Positions 53,863 through 64,000 of a DNA stretch of 64,000 bases are shown piece by piece. Below the pieces are notes generated by a model. That model was not told where the DNA came from. It saw nothing but the letters and a program-made list of their open reading frames with translations, and made no database searches. The stretch is from positions 1-64,000 of the forward strand of contig JABLTG010000029.1 of NCBI GenBank assembly GCA_016618085.1. The letters are read 5' to 3'. Each line of letters starts with the position of its first letter. The stretch's first letter is position 1. The stretch is from Neovahlkampfia damariscottae (lineage: Eukaryota). Made by a program: the position numbers and the translations under genes.

Positions 53863-54668
53863 TTAATTTTCATTTAAAATTTTTTTTAATAAATCTTCTT
53901 CTTCTGAATCATCTTGTTGTTCTGTTGTAGTAGTCATCTCTTCTGGACCACTCAAAACCCTTTTAACATTTTTTGTTTTTTTTTCTTCATTAGATGATTC
54001 AATTGTTTCTTCAACTTCAACTAAGCTCAAGTTCATAGTTTCATTAACTTTTTCGGTTGAATTCTTTCGACTTTTTTTTTTTTTTATTTTTTTTTAAGAA
54101 TATCTTACTGTAGTATAAATAATGTCAGTCTTGCAATTTGTGTCAAATTAAAAAAAATAATTAATGATAAATCAGCTAATATTTCAAATTCTTCACCAAC
54201 TGATAAATGAGGAGTGATCAAATATAATAAAAAAGACAAAGTACTTAAAAAACAAACAACTAAATCGATTATATTCATCCATGAAGAGAAAAACAACCAA
54301 TTTGAAATAATTACATCCATTGAAACATCAATAATTAATAAAATTGTCAATAATCCTTCAAAAAATACAAATACAAAATTTCGAGGATGAAATTGTTCAA
54401 AAACTGTCCAAACTAATAAAGAAATGCATAAAAGTATGACAATTATGTAATATACAGCAAATAACCTTGAACTTCTGATTTGTTTGATTCTTGCTTTAAA
54501 TGAATTTTCTTCAAAATTCTCAATTTTATTTTCTCTTGGTATTTCAAATGTTCCTTGACCAACTATTACCTCATTTTTATTTTGATTGATCAAAAAATCA
54601 AGATCTGTTTGCTCTTCTTCCTCTTCGTTGATATATTCCAAAGAGTTTGTTTGCTCTTCAATTTCCAT
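53863..54668 (-). CDS. Stand-alone voltage-sensor-like (S1-S4) membrane protein
   Basis: Four TM helices; S2 FEGLLTILLIID; S3 FFSSWMNIID; S4-like NLTQIARL; no pore domain. Intron 54071-54108. Confidence 0.65.
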
Positions 54669-54716
54669 CCAACAACAAGAATGAAATAATCCAATCGGAA
54701 CAATTCTTCAGAAATA

Positions 54717-55392
54717 ATGGAAAGAATGGAAGAAGATGAACTGACGAAACAAGAGTTAGATTCTTTTGAAAATGAAATAGAAGAACCAATATCAGTTGAA
54801 GAATATTCAATTGACATTCAGCATATGCCAATAACAGAGAAAACAAATTTAGACATGAAGTGGAATTTACAAGTCAAAATTTGGAGTTTTGTTTTATTAA
54901 TATTATCAATAGTATCAATACCTTTTATATTTATTAGTGGTAGACCGATTGAAAATCCGAATACAAGAGAGAAAACAGGAATTCATTTTTTTCTTGGGTT
55001 TTCTTGGGAGCCATTAGTAATGTTTTTGATATCTTTTCCAACAAGTATCATTGGAATTATTGGTTCAATCATGAAAAAAACCATTTTTGTTAAAATTGTA
55101 AAAAAAACAAATTTTTAATTCAATTTTTTCACAAGTATTTGTTAGGTATTTCAATCCTGATTTTATCAAAATTTTTTCAAATTTTTTTCGTTTTGATCAT
55201 GAGAATTATACTAAAATCATATCAAACAGCCGTATTTTCTTCAATGATGATATTTTTCTTTTGCTTAATTCCTTCAGTGAATATTTTTTTGTTTTTTAAT
55301 TTTTTCAGTTATTTTATTTATTATGTGGATTACAACAACATGACGAGATAGAAACGAATTCAAATAAAGAGTATGAAAGAATAGATTTGTAA
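54717..55392 (+). CDS. Four-TM membrane protein, tandem paralogue 1
   Basis: Acidic N-terminus; WNLQVKIWSFVLLIL; 4 hydrophobic helices. Introns 55098-55135 and 55277-55308. Confidence 0.72.
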
Positions 55393-55499
55393 ATAACAAC
55401 TTTTTTTGTTGATATTTCCTCCAATCACATTCCAATAATTTTTCATTGGACAAATCATTAGAACATCAACTTCAACACTACAAACAGATTTTTAATAAA

Positions 55500-56248
55500 A
55501 TGAATGAATTTGATGATACTTCACTAAATCATGAAGAAGAAAGAGAATCCGAACATTCCTTTGAAAGCAGTTATATTGATGATTTGAACAAAACAACTCG
55601 TGAAAGTACTATTGTTTCAAATTCAAATAATAAAACATGGCAAACTCAAGTTAAAATATGGTCAATTGTACTATTAATTGTTGGTGTATTGTTAGTACCT
55701 TTGATTTTCTTTTCAATTGAACCTGTAAGAGATAGTAAAGGAAAACCAAGTGGTGCTCATTTTAAATTCGTTTTTCGTGTTACAATTTTTATAACAGCTG
55801 TATTAGCTATTATAACATCAATTTTTGGAATCATTGGTGGTTTTAGAAGAAACAGAATTTTGGTTATTTTAGTTTGAAAAAACACTTTATTTATTGTTTC
55901 ATTAGTACATGATTGGATTGATTTTAGTTATGATTTCACAATTTATTGATATGGCTATCAGTTTTGTCACTTCAATATTGACACCAGAAGTTCCATTTTG
56001 GTTAGCATTTATGGCAGCTCTTTTGGTTTGAATTTTTTTTTTTAACAATTTTAAAAAAGACTGTTTTATTTGGAATGGTACCTTGTGGTGCTTGTATTTT
56101 TTGTGGAATTAAGTTTTTAATTGTTCAACGTCAAGAAGATTTATCTGCAAAAGCATTTGAAGAAGAAATTGAAGTTGGTGATTATTCTCAATTTGATCAT
56201 TCAAATCAACAACAAGATGAAGATGATGATGTAAATCCATTTGAATAA
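55500..56248 (+). CDS. Four-TM membrane protein, tandem paralogue 2, C-terminal NPF
   Basis: WQTQVKIWSIVLLIV; first intron at the same position as in paralogue 1; ends DVNPFE* within AATAAA. Confidence 0.75.
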
Positions 56249-56258
56249 ATTTATATTA

Positions 56259-56473
56259 AGACTCCTATGTAATTAGTCACATTATAATAATAAACCTTAG
56301 TTTCTAAGTTGGTTTCAGCCGGACAATGGTGGTTTTAGTAATAAGACTTATTTCTGAAGAAATGTGGTTAATCCGAATAAGTATGGTTTTTAACGAATAA
56401 TCAGTGTTACTCCAAAAAAGTTGCTTCAGCAAAAAATAACTCCTTTTTCATTTTTACATATTCTTAGGGGTCT
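56259..56473 (+). ncRNA. Candidate structured non-coding RNA or degenerate inverted-repeat element
   Basis: Ends pair (AGACTCCTA/TAGGGGTCT plus TGTAA/TTACA); internal GTAA-capped hairpin at 56331-56348; lies in an abnormally long convergent spacer. Confidence 0.25.
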
Positions 56474-56586
56474 CTGAAACAAATTGCAATAAGAGTTCAT
56501 CAACAATTTTGTTCATTGAAAAACAATACAATAAAAGAAACAAAGAATTGAAGAATGAAACTTGAAATAAAGTATTTTCTTTAAAA

Positions 56587-57378
56587 TTAATGAAAGATGA
56601 AATTCAAATCATTGAATTTTGAAATCATTTTTAGCATTGGGGATTGACAAAAACGACATTTTTTCAAAACCATTTTTTTCTTTCCAAAAAGAATTTTTTC
56701 AAATGAAATTGAATCAAAACAGTTTTGACACATTATTCTATTACAATTAAAACATTCATCAAAATCATCTAATAAAAATATATCACTGGAGCAAAGAAAA
56801 CAATTGGTTAAAAATCTTATCTTATTTTGATTTCTACCCATATTTGTAGCATAATATAAAAACTTTCCATGTTTATATTTCCAATTTTTTAACATTTCAT
56901 AAATGAAATCTTCTGATTCAAAGTTTGATTGTTCTGATACAAATCCACTTGGAGCTTTTGTATTAGGAGCAACTCTTTTCATTTTAAAACATTCATAACA
57001 AAACATAACTGTTATTAAATCATAAAATGTTCTGTCATCTGTGTCTTTTTTTGTTGTGGATTCTAATTTATCAAAAAGTTCATTGGATTGTTTCGCACTT
57101 AAATAAATTCTTTTGTATTCTTTTAAACCAATGAGCAATTGAAAGAGTTCCTCTGCTGACTGGACTTTTAAATTATTTAAGAATTCTTGAAATTCTGAAT
57201 TTGTGAATGTTTGGAATTTACTTAAGGCATAGTTCATATTTTCTTTCCAATTTTTTTGGAAGTTTTTTTTTTTATTTTCTGAAAGTGGAAAGTTACCAGC
57301 AAAACAGAAAGAACATAAATAATCTTGTTCTTTTGGTCCATAGTATTTTTTACAACGTTGGCATGTCTTGGAGTCCAT
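56587..57378 (-). CDS. A20-type zinc finger plus C-terminal Cys-rich zinc finger protein
   Basis: CQRCKKYYG..YLCSFC at the N-terminus; CFLC..CFNC..CQNC..CRFC at the C-terminus; intronless. Confidence 0.7.
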   Translation of the reverse strand: MDSKTCQRCKKYYGPKEQDYLCSFCFAGNFPLSENKKKNFQKNWKENMNYALSKFQTFTNSEFQEFLNNLKVQSAEELFQLLIGLKEYKRIYLSAKQSNELFDKLESTTKKDTDDRTFYDLITVMFCYECFKMKRVAPNTKAPSGFVSEQSNFESEDFIYEMLKNWKYKHGKFLYYATNMGRNQNKIRFLTNCFLCSSDIFLLDDFDECFNCNRIMCQNCFDSISFEKILFGKKKMVLKKCRFCQSPMLKMISKFNDLNFIFH

Positions 57379-57687
57379 AGAATTTGAATTGGTATTTGGT
57401 GAAAGAGAAAGAGTATTCGGGTATTCTACTCTTACTTAGATAGTAAATTTTATTATGATTGGTCGGTTATTTATAGGTAAAACTCCGTTGCTAACATTTG
57501 GGAGTTGATTTTCTTGAGAACCAAAAAAAAATGATGCCATTTAATGATTTCCTGACCAATGGTTTTCCAGTATTTTTTTTAACTTTTTCAAATGATTAAA
57601 TTTCTTTTTGAAAGAGATTTATTTTTTTCATTGCTTCAAATTTGAATAAAATTGTTATTCTATTGGTCAAATTTTAAAAAGTTAATT

Positions 57688-58237
57688 ATGAGTTCTGAAG
57701 ACGAACAATTACCAAAATTCATCGCAGATGCAAGCGCAAACTGTTTCAACACAACATCTAAGCTCCTTGATTGTGTTCAAAAAAAAGGAAAATTTTCACA
57801 ATGTAAAGAAATAGCCACTGAACAAATGAGTTGTTTCAAAAAATTTTTAAAACCAAAAATAAAACCTGAAATATTAGATGATTTAGACAATTTTTATCAA
57901 ACACAATATGATATGATTGATAGAGAATTTGATAATCCAAATTCCAAATTTACATCAATGAAACCTTGCTTCAAGCCAAGTTCAGTTGTTTCACTTTGTG
58001 ATTCAAATAATTGGTAATTTAATATATTTTTAATATTTCATCAGGTGGACTTCTGAAAAAATGCAACCTACTTGTGTTTCATCATTGAAAGATTTAACAA
58101 TTTGTTCATTAAAACAAACATCACAAAAATATGAAAAGTTTGAAAAATGTTGGAAAGATACATTTGATGAAAAAGAATTTTATCCATTTGATAAATTGGA
58201 AAAAAGCATTCAACATTGCTTTGATAATAGAGAATAA
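57688..58237 (+). CDS. Twin CX9C (CHCH) protein, two pairs
   Basis: CFNTTSKLLDC/CKEIATEQMSC and CFKPSSVVSLC/CVSSLKDLTIC. Intron 58014-58044. Confidence 0.72.
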
Positions 58238-58368
58238 ACTTTTTTTTTCAAAAAAATGACAGGTAAGGGGAACTTTGGAATTTGGACATTATATTTTGGA
58301 ATCTAAAAATTATTTTTGAAGTAAAAATTTTCTTTGACCAATCATTTCAATTCTTGAACTTTTTCAAA

Positions 58369-59878
58369 ATGGTAGAAGAAACTGAAAAAACGGAAACTCT
58401 TAGTTGGAAGAACATCTTAATTGGAAGTTCAGTAGCTGCGTTATCATTTGCTGGATTTTATTTCTACAAATACTATTTAGAAGAAGAAGAAATTATCCAA
58501 GTTAAAAAAAACATCAGTTTAAGAAAAGCAAAATTAATCTTTGATGAATATGATTTGGATAAAAATGGTAAACTTAACAAACAAGAATTATCAAATTACA
58601 TTGAAAACTTGACCAAAAATTATAATTTAAAAAAAATTTCACAAAAAGAAAAAGACGTCATTTTCAAAAAAATTCATCATGCAGAAAATGGTGAAATCAC
58701 ATTTGAAGAGTTTAGTTTATGGTTAAATTCAATAGCAGAGTAAAAAAATAACACATCTTTTTTAACAATGACCCTTATTTTTAGAGTTAGAAAACCTCAT
58801 CAAAAGGTAACTGCTGATGAAACCAAAATCAAAAAGTTATTCAAAAAATATGATGAAAATGGAGATGGAAAGTTAGATAAAAAAGAATTATCAAATTTTG
58901 TTGATTACATTTCCGAAAAATTTCACACACCAAAACAATCAGCTTCACAAAAAATGCATTTATTCGAAAAAATTAAAAAATCAAAAGAATCTGATTCTAT
59001 TACCTATGAAGAATTCTCAGAATGGTATAAAGAAATTTCCAAACCAAAGTAAGTGTATTACTATTTTTAATTATTATCCAATTAGAATTGATTTTTCAAA
59101 TATCAAAAAGTTATTTCAAAAATATGATAAAAATCAAGATGGTATGATTGATAGATCAGAATTAGTTGTTTTTTTAAATGATTTTTCAGAATATCAAAAA
59201 AAAGGAAAACCTACTGAAGAACAAGTGAATGAAATTTTTGAATTTTTAGATAAAAAGAAACAAGGTGGTATTTCATATTCTGATTTTTATAAATGGGCAA
59301 TTAAATTTAATGATGATTTTAAATGGAAATTAATACGTAATTTTTTTGATAATTATTCAAAACATGGTGATGATGAAACTGGAAATCAAGGATTAAACTC
59401 CAATGATCTTTCATTATTTTTAGAAGATTTATCAAATGCTTATAAAATTCCAAAACCAAGTTTAACTCAAGTTAAATCATTTTTTGATAAAATTGATAAA
59501 GATCACAATGGAAAAATCAATTATGAAGGTTTGTTTTTTAATTGGTTGATTAAATTCCAATGAAAAATAGAATTTGTAGAATGGATTAATTCTCTTGAAA
59601 AAATATTTTCAAAGAAATTTGATGTCAAAAAATTCTTCCATTTATTTGACGAAGATGGTGATGGTACATTGGACGAACAAGAATTAGGTCATTTCTTTGA
59701 TATGTTATATCATAGTTATCATCAACACGTTCCATCAGATGAAGAAAAACATAAACTTTTTAAAAAAATGGATAGTAATAATTCAGGTGATATCTCATTT
59801 GAAGAATTCAATAATTGGTATCAAGATTTTCTTAAAAATGATAAAAAATTATTTGCAACAAAATTAGTTGAAGAATAA
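58369..59878 (+). CDS. Membrane-anchored protein with five tandem EF-hand pairs
   Basis: N-terminal anchor ILIGSSVAALSFAGFYFY; five repeats of FxxYDxNxDGxLDxxEL...GxIxxEEFxxW. Introns 58740-58784, 59049-59085, 59528-59570. Confidence 0.85.
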
Positions 59879-59885
59879 AATTATT

Positions 59886-60122
59886 TTAAAAATTTGAAAT
59901 TATTTTTTTTGTTGATTTGATTTTCTCTTTTACACATGATTCTAAAATACAATTAATTTCCAAATTATTTAAATCTTTTTTTTGAAAATCAAAACAACAA
60001 AGTTCAAAACATTTTTTAGTTAGATTTAAACTTGTATTTTCATTTAAAGTTCTATTTTTCATCTCTTCTTCAATATTATTACTGAATTTCAATTTTAATC
60101 AAAATATTTTTTTTTACTTCAT
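59886..60122 (-). CDS. Small Tim-like chaperone (Tim8/9/10/13 family)
   Basis: KCFELC..LNNLEINCILESC (CX3C...CX4C). ATG at 60122 joins via intron 60082-60117. Confidence 0.6.
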
Positions 60123-60170
60123 CTTTTGAGGTTACAAATTTATTTGGATGAAAAATTTAATTGGATAAAA

Positions 60171-60467
60171 ATGAGTCGTAAAAATAATAAAAAAAGTGCA
60201 AAGAAGAGATATGAAAGATTAGTTGAAACAGCTAAAATTGAAGAAGAAAAAAGAAAACAAAAATTAGAAAGAAAAATAGAGAAACAAGAAAAAATGAAAA
60301 AAATACAAGAAGAAAAAACAGTTCATGTTGAAGAAAATATTGATGATATTGATATGACAGATTCAAAGACAATTGGAAAACTCTTAAATAAAAAAATAAA
60401 AGAGAAGAAAAAAAAAATAAAAAAAAAAGTTAAAAAAGAAGAAGAAATGAGTGAAGAAGAAGAATAA
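60171..60467 (+). CDS. Small Lys/Glu-rich coiled-coil protein
   Basis: ATG preceded by ATTGG at 60160-60164; 98 aa; low complexity; no recognised domain. Confidence 0.55.
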   Translation: MSRKNNKKSAKKRYERLVETAKIEEEKRKQKLERKIEKQEKMKKIQEEKTVHVEENIDDIDMTDSKTIGKLLNKKIKEKKKKIKKKVKKEEEMSEEEE

Positions 60468-60474
60468 GAGTTTT

Positions 60475-63400
60475 TTATTTTTTTTTTCTTTTTTTTCTTG
60501 ATTTGATTATTGTTGTTCCTTTTCTTTTTTTACCAAATTCATTTTCAGATGCTGATTCTTCTGTAAATGAAGAATAATTAACTTCTGCGTTATTTTGTTC
60601 TTCCTCTTTTCTTAAGTCTTCAGATACATCATCTTTTTTAATTTCTTGTGGATTCTCATCCTTCCATAATTCTTTTGAAATTGGTACTTCTTCTTCTTCT
60701 TCTTGTGTGGATTGTGCTAAATCTTGTGAGAACTCTGGTGTAGTTGATGGTGATTTATTTTTAAAATCTTCAAGATTCAAAGTTGATTGTGTTGATTTGC
60801 TTTGTGAATTATCAAATATCATTGAATGTTCATTTGAACCAAAATTAATTGAATCATCTTGTTCATTTGATAAATTGAATTTCTTTTCAGGTGTTTTTTC
60901 TTCTTCTTCATCAAAATTCTTGGTTTGATTTGAAAAATCAAATGATTCTTCAATTTTATTTTCTCCTTTTTCAGATGAAGTTGAAACATCATCTTCTTGA
61001 TCACCTTCTTCAGTTTCATATTCAATTTCTCCTTCTTCTTCTTGTTTTTCTTGTTGTTGTTGTTGTTGATCTTCTTCTGATGAAATTTCTATGATACCTT
61101 CTTCTTTATTTAATTGTTCACTTCCACTATCTGAAACTTTTTCTTCTTCTTTGTTAATTGTTTCTTCATCTTCACTTGACCAAACTGTATCATCTTCACT
61201 AACTTCTTCTTTTTGAAAACCAAAAGAAATTTGTTCTGAAGTTGATTTATCAATTGAAAAAGCAGGTGTTGTTGAATTTAAAATTCTTTCATTTTCTTCT
61301 TCTTCATCGGAAAAAACAGTATCATCTTCTTCTTCTTCTTGACCAAATGAAAATTGAATAGGAACATCATTCATAGTGAATCCTGTTGTCGGATTAATTA
61401 CATCAGTTTCTTTTGTTTCTTCAGTGTTTGTTTGTATTTCTTTTGGTGTTTCTGAACTAGTTGTTGAAAATGAAAAACCTTCTTTTGGAGCCTGTTCAAA
61501 TCCAGAAGCTGAAAAACTTGTTATTGATGTTTCAGTTTTTTTTGGTTGTTCAACTGATGGCACAGTTTCTAATTCTTGTTGAGTTACACCAAAATTAAAA
61601 TCTGATTTTGTTGTTTCTCCAAATCCTGAAAATGAAAATCCTTCTTGTGGTACAGTTTCTTTTTTTTCTGAACCTGAAAAATCAAATTGTGAAATTGGTT
61701 GAGTTGTTGAAGGCATTGAAAAACTAAATTCTGAAGCCATCTTTTCTTCAGGTTGTGCTTGAAAAGAAAAATTAAAATTTGTACTCTTTTCTTCAGTTGT
61801 TTTTTCTTCTTCTTTTGGTAAAGGTTGAGTTGTTTGATCTGTTTCTTTGGATTCATCCATTGATGGTGTTTCTGTTTTTGTTTCTTCTATTGATTGTTTT
61901 TCTTCTTGTGCTTTATTAAATGCTTCAATTTGAGCTAAAAAGTCAGAAGACACAGAATCGTTTTCAACATATATTTCTTCAACTTCTTCTTCCTCTTCTT
62001 CTTCTGAATCACTTCCATATTTTCTAACTTTCTTTTTCATTGAAGGAGCTTCTTCTGAATCATCAAAATCTTCTAATTCGTCTTCGTCTTCTTCTTTTTC
62101 TGAATTCTCTTCTTTTGTTTGTTGATTTGATTCTTCTGCTAATTTTTTGTTGTAAGCTTCGATTTGAGCAGCTAAGTCATTTGAAAAACCATCATCTTTG
62201 ACAATTATTTCTTCAACTTCTTCTTCTTCTTCTGAATCACTTCCATATTTTCTAACTTTCTTTTTCATTTGAGGTGATTCTTTTTCTTCCTCTGAAAATT
62301 CACTTTCAACATCTTCCTCTTCTTTCTTCTCTGTCTGTGCAAGTATGGATGTTTCTGTTTTTTTAGATGCTTCTTTTTCTTTTTCATCTTCTTCATCTTC
62401 ACTTGACCAAACTGTATCATCTTCACTAACTTCTTCTTTTTGAAAACCAAAAGAAATTTGTTCTGAAGTTGATTTATCAATTGAAAAAGCAGGTGTTGTT
62501 GAATTTAAAATTCTTTCATTTTCTTCTTCTTCATCANNNNNNNNNNNNNNNNNNNNNNNNNNNNNNNNNNNNNNNNNNNNNNNNNNNNNNNNNNNNNNNN
62601 NNNNNNNNNNNNNNNNNNNNNNNNNNNNNNNNNNCAAACTGTATCATCTTCACTAACTTCTTCTTTTTGAAAACCAAAAGAAATTTGTTCTGAAGTTGAT
62701 TTATCAATTGAAAAAGCAGGTGTTGTTGAATTTAAAATTCTTTCATTTTCTTCTTCTTCATCAGAAAAAACAGTATCATCTTCTTCTTCTTCTTGACCAA
62801 ATGAAAATTGAATAGGAACATCATTCATAGTGAATCCTGTTGTTGTTGGATTTGAAACAGGTACAACTTCATTTTGTTTATTTGTTTCATCTTTTTCCGT
62901 TGAATTTGAAACAGGAACAGTAAAAGTAGTAGTGTTTGAAAATCCAGTAAAAGGAAATGGATTATTCTCCTTTGGTAATTCATAAAAAGGTTTTGTTTCA
63001 ACACTAATTTCCTCTTCTTCTTGTTTTTTTTCAACTTCTTTTGGTTTTTGTTCATTTGCAAAACTAAACGAAAAACTACCTGGTTTGGTTGTTGAATCAT
63101 TTTTGGAAAGATCTGGAAATGAAAAACTACTTTGTACATTTGAATCTACATTTGAGTTCATCATTTCATCAACAGAAAATAATTGTTTTGATATCACACC
63201 TGTTGTTGATTCATCCAAAGTATCAGGTGTTTGACCAAATTTAAAAGTATCAGGTGTCTTTGAAGTTTCATTGAGAGAAACAGCAGGAGGTGAAAATTTA
63301 AATCTTTTTTTATCCATTTCTTCAATATTCTTTTCTTTTTCATTCATCACAAGTGGACTAAATGGAACCATGGCTTTGGTATAAGCAGTTTTTAACATTT

Positions 63401-64000
63401 CTTTAACAGAAATTAACTATTATTTACATTGAATAATAAACAAATTCTTACTTTTTCAAATGCAGTTGATTGTTTATCAGGTAAATTAATTTCAGATTTT
63501 AAACCTTCAAAAACAAGTTTCCAACCACAAGGATTGAGTCTTTTATAAGTTGTAGGACACCACCATCTATGTTGTTTTAATGGATGAAAAATATCTGCTG
63601 AACCACAACATCTTTGTGATTGACAATATTCACAAGATAATTTAATCCTTTTTTCTTTGTAAATTGAAATATCCCAAAAAAATAAAGATAATAATATAAA
63701 TTCTGGTTTTACATCTTTTTCTTGTGATATAGAAATGATATAATTCAAATCATCTTCTTTAAACTCATTCATGAATTCAGGTGCAAGTTTTGGTATATTT
63801 TCTTTTATATTTGATTCAATTCTTTGATAAAACTTTGATACTTCCAATTTTTGTACTTTTTGTTCAGTTTTTGTATTTTCTAAAAATGGTTCACTAAATT
63901 CATTTGGAGAAGGATTTTGAAAAGCACAACCGTCTTTATGAGAATTTTTCATTTTTTCTAAAAAAGCAATAACAGCAGCATTCAATATTTTTATGTTGGA
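60475..64000 (-). CDS. ZC3HC1/NIPA/Rsm1-like zinc-binding protein with long acidic FxF/FxFG-repeat tail (5' end outside window; spans assembly gap)
   Basis: HKDGCAF..P, LFFWD..LSCEYCQ..FHPLKQHRWWCP..GWK match the C3HC/Rsm1 pattern. Intron 63417-63451 joins this in frame to the FSF-rich ORFs; C-terminal basic NLS. Confidence 0.65.
61163..62843. repeat. Near-identical coding repeat of ~225 bp in three copies (61163-61389, 62389-62536 partial, 62635-62843), plus a duplicated MKKKVRKYGSDSEEEE unit
   Basis: Nucleotide and peptide identity visible directly (TTGFTMNDVPIQFSFGQ...EDDTVWSSEDEE). Confidence 0.9.
62537..62634. other. Assembly gap (98 N)
   Basis: Run of N flanked by copies of the same repeat. 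Confidence 0.99.

Noticed and set aside
56461..56473. Telomere repeat, telomerase template or TPP riboswitch at TTAGGGG
   Set aside because: Single occurrence, with no 1.5-repeat template and no downstream riboswitch motifs.
395..62480. Many short antisense or alternate-frame ORFs in the track (e.g. 395-643, 5544-5771, 26379-26831, 50998-51586, 60707-61582)
   Set aside because: They are shadows of real genes in biased, low-complexity sequence, with no motifs of their own.
1..64000. Alternative genetic code, stop readthrough or widespread pseudogenes as the reason for fragmented ORFs
   Set aside because: Every break examined is bridged by a short GT-AG intron that restores conserved motifs in frame under the standard code.
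1..64000. tRNA, rRNA, CRISPR arrays, transposases or viral genes
   Set aside because: None recognised; the repeats present are protein-coding.

Overview
Very AT-rich, extremely gene-dense eukaryotic (protist-type) nuclear DNA using the standard code. It holds about 29 protein-coding genes split by tiny GT-AG introns (mostly 27-45 nt), which is why the ORF track is fragmented. The style resembles a free-living amoeboflagellate (Heterolobosea-like), but the taxon cannot be proven from the window. Housekeeping genes include glucosidase II alpha, UTP7/WDR46, NAMPT, HELQ, a sphingosine/ceramide kinase, a NAP chaperone, IWS1, SEC61 alpha, a small Tim and a ZC3HC1/NIPA-like gene. The centre (14.4-45.1 kb) is a three-gene unit. 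Two paralogous giant surface proteins (~4,100 and ~5,360 aa; signal peptide, RCC1 propellers, EGF, Ig/TIG-like stalk, Cys-rich repeats, ~9 TM helices) point toward each other and flank a deviant heterotrimeric G-alpha gene. That G-alpha has Gln at the catalytic Arg, an altered TCAT motif and a truncated C-terminus. The larger receptor has four complete extracellular 7-bladed RCC1 propellers, and 10 of the 12 introns in that region are phase 0 at the same repeat position. Other oddities: a Rab-like GTPase-LRR-kinase-CAAX fusion, an SRA-SPT2 fusion, a CCAAT box just upstream of essentially every gene, stop codons embedded in AATAAA/TAAA, and candidate structured RNAs in unusually long spacers. 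All gene models and family calls were made by eye; no database searches were run.
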